Assembly: GCA_002633005.1 (NCBI GenBank)
Contig: NMRA01000474.1
Location: 1 to 64,000 of the forward strand
Source of the DNA: Phoronis australis
Taxonomy: Eukaryota > Animalia > Phoronida
Direction: 5' to 3'
DNA length: 64,000 bases
Made by a program: the position numbers and the translations under genes. Below the pieces are notes generated by a model that saw only the letters and a list, made by a program, of their open reading frames with translations, made no database searches and was not told the DNA's origin. Positions 40,501 to 52,500 of this stretch are shown here, in pieces (within the stretch, counting starts at the first letter, position 1; each line of letters starts with the position of its first letter).

Positions 40501-43500
40501 CTCTGACTCATTGTTGTAGAGTTGTATTTAGTTGAGTGGGCGGCTACAAGGATATCTGGAGTACGCCAAGAAATAGTCGGCCACCCAGTATTGCATGGCC
40601 CGCTCACCAAGATATTTACCAATTCGTGGCATTTTTCAATGTATTGTGTGACAGTAATCAGTTCATAAACGATGTGATATCAAACGAGACTTATCGTTTG
40701 AGTACTTTGAGATTTTTGAGATTTAAAGCACAGTTCCACTTCAGTATTCTTTAGATTTGAGTCTAACAAAGCATAAGATTGAAAACTAGCTCAAAAACAC
40801 TGAATACGTTGATTAGCAAATCTTTCACGTGTAAGATTCTCAAGGGACACACTATCTCATCACGCTGAGGCCAAGTCTCACTTCCCAAACACAAATTTTA
40901 ACTTATTTTACTCATCCATAAATTGTCTGCGTCATCGCAAGATGTTTACGATTCGACAACCATCCCACAATGCCTTTGAAAATCACCAGCAGCGTCATGG
41001 ATGAAATCCCATGAGTTGTACTGCAGCGTGTTATGTTGTTCACTATTTCCTTTGATGTCCACCAGATGGCGGTGAATCGAGTCATGTGGGGAGAAGACCA
41101 AGCCAAGGACACACTGGAGAAGATGAGGAGCGCTCTGGTGGAGAAGGACAAAACTATAGAGGTGCGAGGCTCTCATTAGTGGTCCTCTGACCAATTGCTT
41201 ATCGAAGTCTAAGATCTGATCTTCAAACGCCAAATTTGTTTGGATATTTCTGTTCTTCTCATACATGAGCTCTAATGTCTTTGATTTTATGGTTGAGAAG
41301 ACAGTGATTTGTACAGATTGCTATGTAATACTTTGTGTTGCTACTTGTTACTTTTGAGAGCTTGAAGTTGTGTTTGAACATTTCAGTCGTTACACGCACA
41401 CTTGTATATTGTACTTGTCTGTGTTAGTCTCACATTCTGGTGTGCTGCTCATCACTGAGCACAGTGTAGTGTTCAGCTTTTAGTAGGTACTACTGGTCAT
41501 GCATTCTTTTCAATTTAGAATTTTAAAGCTTTATAGTATCGCCATCCAGTGTTGAAAAGTATCATCCTCAAAGGGGTGTAGGCGGGGTTAAAATGATCTC
41601 TCTTCTTTGCCCTTATGCACCCAGGTTAGCTCAACCTGTTACCCCGGTGATAAAAAGTGTTCCATCACAATTTGTTAAGCTCACAGTTTGGCCTTGCCTT
41701 TGTCACAGTAGTCTGGTTGTTTTCAGACGCTCATTGACAGTGTACGTGACAAGGACAAGCTAATAGCTGAGATGAAAGACTTTAACATTTCCGGAGGGCG
41801 TCTTCCCAGTTTCCCCATGCAACAGGGTCTACCTAACGAGGCCGCTAGTTTGCCCCCAGGACACGGGCGCAAACGAATGGGTCGCAGGGCCAGCATGCCT
41901 TCCATGACAATAGCACCTGAGGTAAGACTACTCCGGTGGTATCCCGTGTGAAGAATTTGATTAAATGATGGGATTCCTGAAAAATGAGGAAATCTATTCC
42001 TTGCATAGAAAACCTATGGAACATGAAAGGTGGAAATTCATAAAATAATTTAAAACAAATGTATTCACCTCAACATTTGCATTAAATTTTCATCATTGTA
42101 TGAATAAAGGAGTTATTAATCTTCCAAGAAATGTTTTTGTGTTCTCTTCCTGCTGTCCTTTGATATTTTAATTGATATTAAAATAATATTAAATTTCACA
42201 GCAAAACGTGTATTAGTGAGTGGTTTATTGAGCACGTGCTTTTGATAGTCTCGGCTGTTAGTATTTTATTTGAAACCAACCTGGTAATTGCGCACTACCT
42301 GCTTTATTTCTCGTTATTGACCTGTCGCCAGGATTTTGAGTGACGGCTTAATTGACCAATCAGAACACAGCATTCTTGACACACCTCTCTGTTTCTAAGC
42401 CGCCATTTTACCCGACAAACAATACGTTGGCGGGTGAAACTTATTGTTTGTTGGTCGACATTACGCAAGGGGGTGGAGCTTGCGATTGGTCAGTTGTCAC
42501 GCAGTTTTCCGAATAGTCTTTCCAATTATTCTGTTTCACGCTGAAACTCACCCAGAAGCTTCTTGTTAGGAGTGAAAACTCACCTCTGTATCTTTGGATT
42601 TCATTGCCGAATTTTCATGAAATTTAGGAAACAGTTTTTTATTAGGGACATGACAACGCCGTCCTGTGGCCATTTTGATGATTATAATTTACCTTAGGAG
42701 CATATTGTTTGCAGTGTAGCTGTGGTCTCATATTTACACTTTGCGTTGCTTTTCTGTATATTGCTGATACATGTTTTGACTGTATGATCTTCTATGAGCC
42801 TTTGTGATTCATACTGCTAGAAATGCTTGGGCCCTTTGGCTCTCCTGAAAAAAAACATTTTTTGAATTTTCCATGATTGCAAGACAAGAAGACGCTTACA
42901 TACATTTCTGTAATATTGGTTTTCAGCTGCACAAATTAGGCCGCAGCCGCCGCGGTTCTGTTCAGTTGGCCGAGATCTGCCAGGATCTATCGGTACTGCG
43001 CGAGAATCTCGAGCAGACCGCGGCACCCTCTAAACCCGTCAATCGGCGCCTGTCCATCAGTGGTCTCATTATCCCACCCTCTTTAGAATCGCCCAGTCAG
43101 GAGGTAGAGCGAGTGTTCATGTCTGTGTCGGTCTACGCTGTAGGCTTCCTACAGCAGCGTAAGAAATCTGCTGCCAGTCTCTGTCGCCATCTTGCTGTTT
43201 TACCATTACTACACCAGCTGCTTGATGAACAGAATCTATAGCTCTGCCTTAATAGCACTTCCAAACCCGCCTTCCGTCGTAAAAACCAACTAACTGTCTT
43301 TTGATGTAGACTTCTCACCATGTTATGAAATTAATCTCAAATTGTTCCCCGGTCTTGTTTAAATTAGGGTTAATTTCTGAGCCTTGGAAGAACTAAATGT
43401 TTGTCACTGCTTGGCAGCTGGCTCTACAAGCTGGTTTGTGGCCGCGGGTGATTTTACGTGCTGATCACGGTCTCAACCAATGGCAAACTGTTTTTCCTTA

Positions 43501-46500
43501 CCCAGAAACCACTTGTATTCTGAGTCTGGAACAACGTGAGAACAACTTTGTAGCAGTAAGAGGGGTAAATCAAAACTTAGTTTCTGTGACGGAACGCAGG
43601 ATTGGATTTGAGTGTTTTGTTCTGGGTAAACCTTGGACAGGTGCTATAGTTAATGTCTTGTATAGATCAAGTACTGATATGTTAAAACGAATGGTAAATA
43701 ATATTTTTGTGATACAAAACATTTCAAATACAGAATATTCATTGCGAAAGGGACTCGCCTAGCGTCTGTCGCGGCCATCATTTGGACGGCAGTTTTAAAA
43801 ATGACGACTTAGAGAGAGAGAAAAGACGACCTGTTTCAAGACAAACTTTGCGAAAATGACTGCTAAATAAAGAACGTTAACATTTCTCATTGATAAATTT
43901 TATTGATGCAGAACCTATAATTTGTTGCTTTAGTGAGATAAATATTCATGCATAAATGGAGTCTGTCAGCAAACGCTGACGGCCATGTTTTTTGGGGAAA
44001 TACCTCCCTGCCCTTTACCGTCAGGATGACCTCATATGGAATTGCAGCATGTGACAAGTGTCAGTCTCAAAACTTTGGACCCCCATTCTAGATGAGTCCC
44101 TGGTTGCCAAATTTCATTATCAAAGAACACGTGGTACCATCTGTCATTTAATTAAAAAGGAGGCATTGGTCACATAAGGCCAGCAAGCTTTTTTCAAGAT
44201 GGCGATCAGACCGTGCAGAGTCTTGTACTAAGTCGGGTCTTGTTCCATATGCCTAACAATTTACAGTACTGTGTTGCTAATGTGCTATGGTTTATTGCTT
44301 AGAAACTAGTCTGCGTTACGCCTGGCTGCTAATAACTGTGTGGTGTATTGTGAACTAATATGTGAACACTCCTTGAAACGGGGAGATTTAACAGTGATAG
44401 TTAAACCGTCAATAAGCCTCCGTTCCTTTGAAAAACTGAATTTGACCATGTACCAGATTATAAAATCGATTTCAACTTGTTCCTTGCTGAGATGAGGAAT
44501 GATTTTTTGTCTTGCAAAAACTAACCGTGCGTGGACACCATGCTCATCTTATAAAATGACACGCCACGATAAGCCAGCTTCTCCATACTGGTTACAAGCA
44601 ATAAGTTAACGAACTAACATGGTGAAGATTTGTGTGCTTGATGAATCAAGAAGTGGCAATAAAATTTATTCTCTTATGCAAAAGAAAATTACAGCCTGTG
44701 GCTTTGAGGATCTTTATGGTGGCTTATTCACGTCAGCATCTCGCTGCATCGGTACACGTCGTGTTATTCCGATGGTCACTTAAGCTGTCAAACCAACATG
44801 TCTGCTTTGTGTTCCTGTAACGCTTTACCATGAATCCCCTTAACACACGGTTGAATGTTTTATAACTTGTCAGTGTTGAGACAACATTAAGCTGCACCTC
44901 GTCCTGCATTGATTGCTGGCTAAAAAAGGAAAAATCCTAAAATTGGTCTGGTAATATTCCTTTACATCCTAGGATTCTATTTCATTACCCAGAACGTCCA
45001 TGAACAACACAAGGAAAAGCTAATAGTTTATTGGAAATGTCTAACCCTGAAAATACGAAATGCTTATTGGGGTTGGCCTATACCAAAATTGCAAATCCAG
45101 AAATGGCAAAAAAGATATTCCCTGTGTTCTTTTTGGTTGCAGAATTGGATTCCTGTCACGATCAGGGATATTATGAGATTGATTTTATGAGAGTAAAGGG
45201 GTAAATTTACTTTTCATCTTTTAGCAAAGACAAGATGTATCTTAAGGGTTATTTGATGGAAGGAGCAAATCCATGTTTTTTGATGTACTTTACATGTCTC
45301 TAGTCTTTCATTGTTCCCATTGTTCATAGCATTTTCCAAATCCTATTTTACTAATTTTTGACTGCTCAGCTTAATAAGTATTCAACATGTCACTTCTCCA
45401 CATTATCACCAAGTTTGTTAATGCTCGTCTGTTCTTGTTTTTAGATTTTTGGGTTGAAACTGCATCAAGCAAGCACCATGCTTTGAATGCTTTGTCAGTT
45501 AGCAAATTATCACTGTTTGACTTGCTTGTAGTACTTGTTAGTTTGCATTTGTACACAATTTTGCTTCCTTTAGATAGTGTAGTTGTCAAACCCCGGCGTC
45601 TGCTTACAGCACTGCAACCTGATAAAGTGAGTATTTTTGATGCACATATCTGTTGTCTGCTCACTCATCAGTATTTGTTTTCAGGGTGAAGAGCATATGC
45701 AAGGAGGTGGTGACACCGGGAGGCAGATGGCGAAGCCGATCCGAGATGACAGAACAGATGGGCAACTAGAGGGTGAGTGTTTGCCTTAGTCATAGATGAA
45801 CTGCATAGCCAGTTATTGCATATTGGTATAGGAAGCTAGTGTGATCGTGTGCTTCACTTTTAATTCATTATGGCGATATCTCGCGAAGTCTTACGTGTTC
45901 TTGCATTTTTGTAAGATTCTCGCCAGGCCTTTATGCAGCGTACCTCCTGGGTGTCCAAATGGACGCCCTAACACTAATTTGGACGCCAATGTATCATTTG
46001 GACGCCCACTGTCAATAGGATCCTTTCAAGTTTGGACTCACACCTTGTAATGAATACTAGGAAGCCTCTGAAGGCTCACAGTGGGGGCTCTTTTTCAAAG
46101 CAGGAAGAAATGTGCAATGTATATACAAAGTATATAAAATGTTGCTATGCTCACACTTGGTTGATAGCATTGTAAAATCTTCTTGGTCTACAGTTTTTTT
46201 AGTAAAAATGCCCACTACAGTATGTTGTTTTGTAAACTTAGGTGTAAAAACAGCTTTTTTTTGTAAAAAAGTCTGTGTTTGGGGGGATTGCTGGGGGTGG
46301 GGGGGTTACGTATCGGAATCATGGACGCCCTGGAATATTGGGAACCCCATTTTGGACACCCTATTTTCAAAATCCTGGATAAAGGCGTGCTCCGACCCCT
46401 CTTTGTGGTGCCAGTCATAGTCGTTGTTGACCTATTTCTAATTTTAATTTATCACCTGCTTTATGCCTGAAGCTGTGAATTGGGCACGGTTTAAAATTGT

Positions 46501-49500
46501 CTTCTGTTATTGGCTGGTGCAGGCTCTGTTGAGCCATTTTAAAATGTCGTCTGCTTGTGATGTCTGCTTGATTGTTTGCAACATCTGCTTAAGATACATT
46601 ATCTCCTTATAAATTATCTGTCAGAGTTTTGTGAGAACACCAGTTTTCAGTAATTATGTCATTCTCGTAACTGCTCCATCTTAGTAGTGTTAGATGTTGG
46701 TGACCTGGTTTGGCTTCTTAAAATACATCTGTCTTCTCCATATTAACAGTCCTGTCATATTTGTCTGAGTACACCATTTTTCATTCTGGCTTAGTTTCTT
46801 CTGAGGCTCAGTGGTGGCGCTAATCAGATCTGACCTAGTTTCAGGTGTCAGGGACATCTGCTCTCTGTTGCTTACCTCTTCACAGGGAATCAATCAATGT
46901 TATCTCAGGGCATCATTACAGCCTATATACTTGTCCACGTGTTGTTATCACCACACTGATAACGTTGTACTAGCAAGGCTGTGTGTAGGTCATAACTGAC
47001 AGATATTCAATTTGGGTGGGAAAAATAACCAGTGTAAATATGGAATACGTAGTGAATGCATATATAAGATGCAAATGTTCAAAAATAAAAATAGTTTTCC
47101 CATTGAGTGAAATAGCTAAGGATATTTTGACCCTTATTTTTATTAAATTCAATGAGCAAGACAAAATACTGCCTTGTTTTTTCTTTTATATTACATGTGT
47201 GTGTGTTCTAATTTTTTGAACAGCACAGCAATTGGGATTTTCATTTTAATAACCCACTTTGCCTGAAAGTAATCATTCCATTGCTGGTCTTGTTGGCAGC
47301 TATGGTGCTAGTGACTGAGTTCTGTTCATTGTCATACATCTTGGCTTGAACCAAATTTTGGAGGACAGTGTGCGTAAGATTTATAGTACTCAACAGTTAG
47401 TATTCTGCATAGGAGTGTCTGTGTTGCCTGAGGAGATGTCTGTACTGGAGGTGTAGTCCTTTTTACTATACTTGTGTAGTGCCATGGCTCTGTATCCTGA
47501 ATCAGCCAGACTGTCAGTCATCTTTAGGTACACGCCCACTGGGGCACCAGCGAATGATTTTGGTGAGTTATCCATAGTCTGTGTGGCTGAAAGACTGACA
47601 CCAGCTGGTGTTGAATCATTGTAAGAACCTGATTGTAGACATTTGTTGAACATACAGCAATGCTCGCGATAAATAATTTTCAATCGTATTCGTTCGAGTT
47701 TTGCGTATCGTCGACAGTCGTTTAGAGCGCAACAATAAGCAGACGGCCATGAGATATAAGACAAGTTATGAGTCAAATGACAGCTGTATCTGGAGACTGT
47801 TCTTGTCTCATCTGGAGCCATAACTAAAACTACACGTGGTTACCAGAGTATCTGACCACTGTAGGAAGAAGTCACTGATTAAATTATATCAATCTTTACG
47901 TTAAACAACTCCCACTAGATATTGAGGTTTTGAATCCATTAACTGAGCCTTACCTTGTCAGTTGAAGCTAGTGCAGGGAAAGTTGATACTAATACTAGTA
48001 CTCGGGTACTGCTGGTTCTTACGTGTACTAACTATTACTGCCTATTACTAGAATTTCTGGTAGTAGTGCTACTGTTTGCTGCTGCAGTAATTATTACACT
48101 TGTTGTCGCTACCTCTTTACTTCTTCTACTGATGCTGATCTTACTAGTTTGTTTACTATTTCGTACTAACTACACTGTCTGTTACTATGTTTACTAGCAC
48201 GAGTGGTACTTGTACTAGTACAGTAATTGCCACCGGTCTTGTATACGTTGTACCAGACGTGCGCAGGTCGCTCAGGTGGGCCCATTGCACTGATCACCTG
48301 GAATCATTTTATGCTTTATTAATATACAGTTAAAACTGAGCAGAGGAGCGAGAGACCTGACTCAAGGGTCTAGCAGTGTGCCCCAGTAGGACTTGTGCTA
48401 GCCGTACTACTTGTTGACAACTATTAAAACTGCTTTGCCCATGTGATTACCACAAACTCCTATTTCAACTACAACTGCTATAACATTGCTACTGCTAATA
48501 TCTTTACTCTAATAATCTTTCAATATTCTTAATGCCAGCCATATCATTGCAGATAAAGATGGTCATGAGAAGTCAAATGCTTCAACGACTTCTCCTAATA
48601 AATGGGACGAGAAGCAGCGTGTCCTAGAGGAGGAGCTTGCCGCCGAGAAACAGAAAAATGACATCCTGAAGCAGCAGTTGAATGATCTGCTGCTGACACC
48701 AGATGGCGCTCAAGCAGTCTCCAGTGGCACGGTGGCCATCTTGAAAAAACAACTAAATCAGGTTTGGCTTTGATGGATATTTTGACTTACTAGAAAGTGC
48801 TTGTCATCGACCACTGAGTGTTTCACATACCTGTGCTTGTTCTTTTAAAAGCACTGTTACACATGGAGGAATGATCGACCAAAGCGCCGCACCATAGGCA
48901 AGATATGGGTGTTGGTAGACCAAAGGAAATGTTTTCTTATTGTTATATAATATTTTCTCAGCAAAGTTATTAGAGTGCACATTAAAAATAATGGGACAGA
49001 GGGACGTTTAATGTCTCCATAACAACTGACCACAGATGGAATCACAGTCACTAACTAGAAAAGGGGGGACCTGAATTTTGTCCAATTATTTTTGGCTTGC
49101 TCTCTATGCTTAAGTACCATGTACAGTTGAAGTCAAAAGTATTCGGACAAAATCATCTGGAATTACCATCTTTAGGGTTAAGAAGAAGGCGAATTCATCG
49201 TCAATATAGTCTTCCCTCATAACTGATAATAGAGAGGAAGTAACAAGAAGATTAGAAAGGTGTCGCTCTACTTGTCATTACCAGTCTTTTTTGACGTTAC
49301 CAGAATTAGCTGTCACGACAGAGAAATGGTATTTTGGTATTTTGTCTAACTACTTGATTTGTCTTGCACTGTATGTTGGGATGACTCTGTGTTTATCAGC
49401 AATAATTTGTAATATATCATGTGGCTTGCTCCATGTTGTTGATGCTAACGTCTTGAAATTTGTGATTTCACGTTGAAATCGTCATGATGATAGCTTGAAG

Positions 49501-52500
49501 TGATACCAAACCCAGTTTTGGCCTGTTATCAAATATGAACAACTCACCCATGCAAATGTTCAGCACAAAAGATAGCCCTCCTACCCTCAGACGTTTGAAA
49601 CAAATTTTGAAAACTCCGTATAACGTCTGCTAAATTGGCCAGTATGTCTTAAACTTGGTGCAATTTACGTACAACTGTAATATCCATTCTGTAACTCAAT
49701 GTGTATGTGTTTTTATCAATCCAGTGAGACATCAATGGTGCATTGGCAGGGCAAGGAATGAAAATTGGTTGAAATCACCAAAACAGGGTTTGGTATCCTT
49801 TGAATGTCAAGTTCGAACTGTGTGAATTATGATAAAGATTGTTTATGAGGTCTATAAGTGCCAAAGCATTATCACTAACTGCCTTAGCTATGATTGTTTT
49901 CTTATACCATGGTCAAATTTTACCAGGCCAACGAGAAGGTCAACGCTAAGGAGAAAGAGAATGTTGAACTCCGAGATAAGATGCGAGAGCCCTCAACAAC
50001 AAATGATGTTGAGAATGAGTTGGCAAGACTGCGTCAGCAACTGGAGAGTTCCGAGAAAACCTGCGACCAGCTCACGCAGCAATTGAACGCGCAGACAGCA
50101 GCAACACCTGAAGGCTTCAACCCGGAGCTGGTCATGCAGATGGCGACGGAGATTGAAAGGCTTAGGAAAGAGCTGGACAGTAACCGTGAGAAATTGGGTC
50201 GCGGGACTAAGGGTGAAGGAACAGGGAGGACAGGAAGTGAAGGAGCACTGAGGCAGACGCGTATACCTACATTGAAAAAACAATCCCAGGGGCAAAAACA
50301 GGGTACTGCAGGTGCTGGTGGTGGACTGACATCTACTGCAGCAAAGAGTCGTGGTGTAGGTGCTTATAGTGTTGATGGTGGTGTCGACTTGCACTCTCAG
50401 CTGCAAGACTTGCGCCATCGGAACAAGCAGCTGGTAAATAAGGTGGCGGCAACAGAGGCGACGGTGCGAGCGCAAGCAGACAAGATGAAGTACTACAGGG
50501 GTCTGTTAGAGGATGCTGGGCTGATGCCACATACGCCTCACAGGTGGCGCAGTGACTCGAACCTTGCTGGTGCGCCCGCATCGCCCTTGAGGAAGTCGCG
50601 GTTGTCGGCGTCGACGGATAACCTGTTGGTTGGACCATTGAGCCCCCCGCTTCGTGGGAACCTGGGTGCCCGTGTGTTCAGCGAGTTTGGCGATACTGAT
50701 GATTCTCGGACATTGAAGGAACAGATTGGCCAATTGCAGGACCAATTGGAACGGAACCAGAGGGTCATCAAGGCACTACAACGAAGGATACGGTTTGGCA
50801 GCGAAGCAGAACGCCTTGGATTTGCTAGTCCGCTTAGTAGTCGCCGAGGGTCAGGACAATTGTCAGCCATGCCGGGGCTTGGCAGTTTTGCCGCCGTTGG
50901 GCAGGATGGGAATATCGACAGGGTTCAGAGGGAGAACGAACTATTGCAGGAACGGCTAGCTGGCTTGAGCAGGAGCAATGATGAGTTGCAGGAGGAGTGC
51001 GCAACTCTGAAGGAACAGCTAGACAGTTTGAGTAGCAATAAAAACCAGCTGCAGAGGGAGTGTGCCTCATTGAAGGAACAGCTGCAAGATTTGAGGAGCA
51101 AAGATGGCGGAGATACGGACACGAATGAGTTAAAGGTAATACTTAATTTTCCGTAACGTAACATTTTCATGGCTGTTTTGTATGCTTTTTGCATTTCCTC
51201 ATTGCATTGAAGATATCAAGAGATGATGTTCTTTAGAAACTCAAAACTATTGACACTGATTTTGTGTGACATAGCTTGCTGACTAAAACGACGCCATGTT
51301 TTCAGTTGGCTAAAGAGTTGTTTTTGATGCCCTCTGTTATTGTAGCACATTTGACCTTTCGTGTCGTTCATGTTTGTTTCTGTCTTTAAAATTATATTTG
51401 CCTTAACAGGAACTATTTATTTTGCATGAAATTGTTTTGTATGTTTTGTTTTTGTATAAAGGAGTCTGAGGGCTTGTATGTAACTTTAAAGGACTGTCTC
51501 AATCATCATCGTTTCCATTTCTTCATATTTATATCCATCGATGAAAGGGTGATTTTGCCGGTGTTTTGCTATCAATATCGAATTTGTAACAGAAGCACTC
51601 TGTGGTTTAAGACATTGCCACATATATCCGATCTTGATTTATTGCCGAATGATCCAGTAACTCAGTCACGGACAATATGCGCATGCGCCATTTTTTAATT
51701 TTGAAATTTTGGACTTGGCCAAGTGATGACTTTGATATTCTTGTTGGAAAATTAGGTGAGGAATGTTATGAGAAAGATTTTATGAGCTCAAGTGACTTGA
51801 AGAAGTGCATGTTAGTTAGATAAATAAGAATGAATGAGTGCAGCTTTAATGGATTGTACGTTAGTCATCCGGTTGTGGCATAATGCAAAAATTCAAATAA
51901 ATTAATTTCTGGACTCGCTGTATTCTAATGATGACGTCGCGTCCCCAGAACGACTACAGCCGTGTTAAATAGTGTGTTCCATAACCAACCAAAGTTGTGT
52001 CACAAGCCACGTGACTGCAATTCCAGCCAATGCTGACACTAAAGCACTTCAGCTTCAGTTAATCTGTAGAAGTCTTCGAGATGGAGACGTTACATCATCA
52101 TTAGTTTACAGTAAGCTCAGAAATTGATTTAATTTGATTTGCATTAGTGCAGCTTTAAATTTGTCCTTAAAGGAACAGTTGGCCAATGCACGAGAGGAAG
52201 TAACTCATCTTAAGGAGGATTTGCGTATCCGGTTCATAAAGGATGCAAATATGGAACAGGAGCGAGACGTTCTCAAGCGACAGTTGGACGACAGTCGAGC
52301 GACCGTAGCCAGGTTGAGGCAGGAGGGTGATGCGCTGTCGCGTGGTGGCGGCAGCACGATACCACCGGAGTCGGAGCGTGGTGTCGAGGGACAGGAGGGC
52401 GTGTCGGCCATCTTGCAAAACATGGCAGGGGAGCGTGCAGAGAAGGTAATGTTGAAACCCGGCAAGCAGTCCATCAGGGAGTTGCCGGCAACAGAGGCGA

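Noticed and set aside
47413-47450. Possible extra cassette exon (GVSVLPEEMSVLE)
   Set aside because: Weak donor, and its exit phase is incompatible with exon 22; unsupported without RNA data
47955-48197. Hydrophobic 80-aa ORF resembling a membrane protein
   Set aside because: Translation of a degenerate (CTA)n tract
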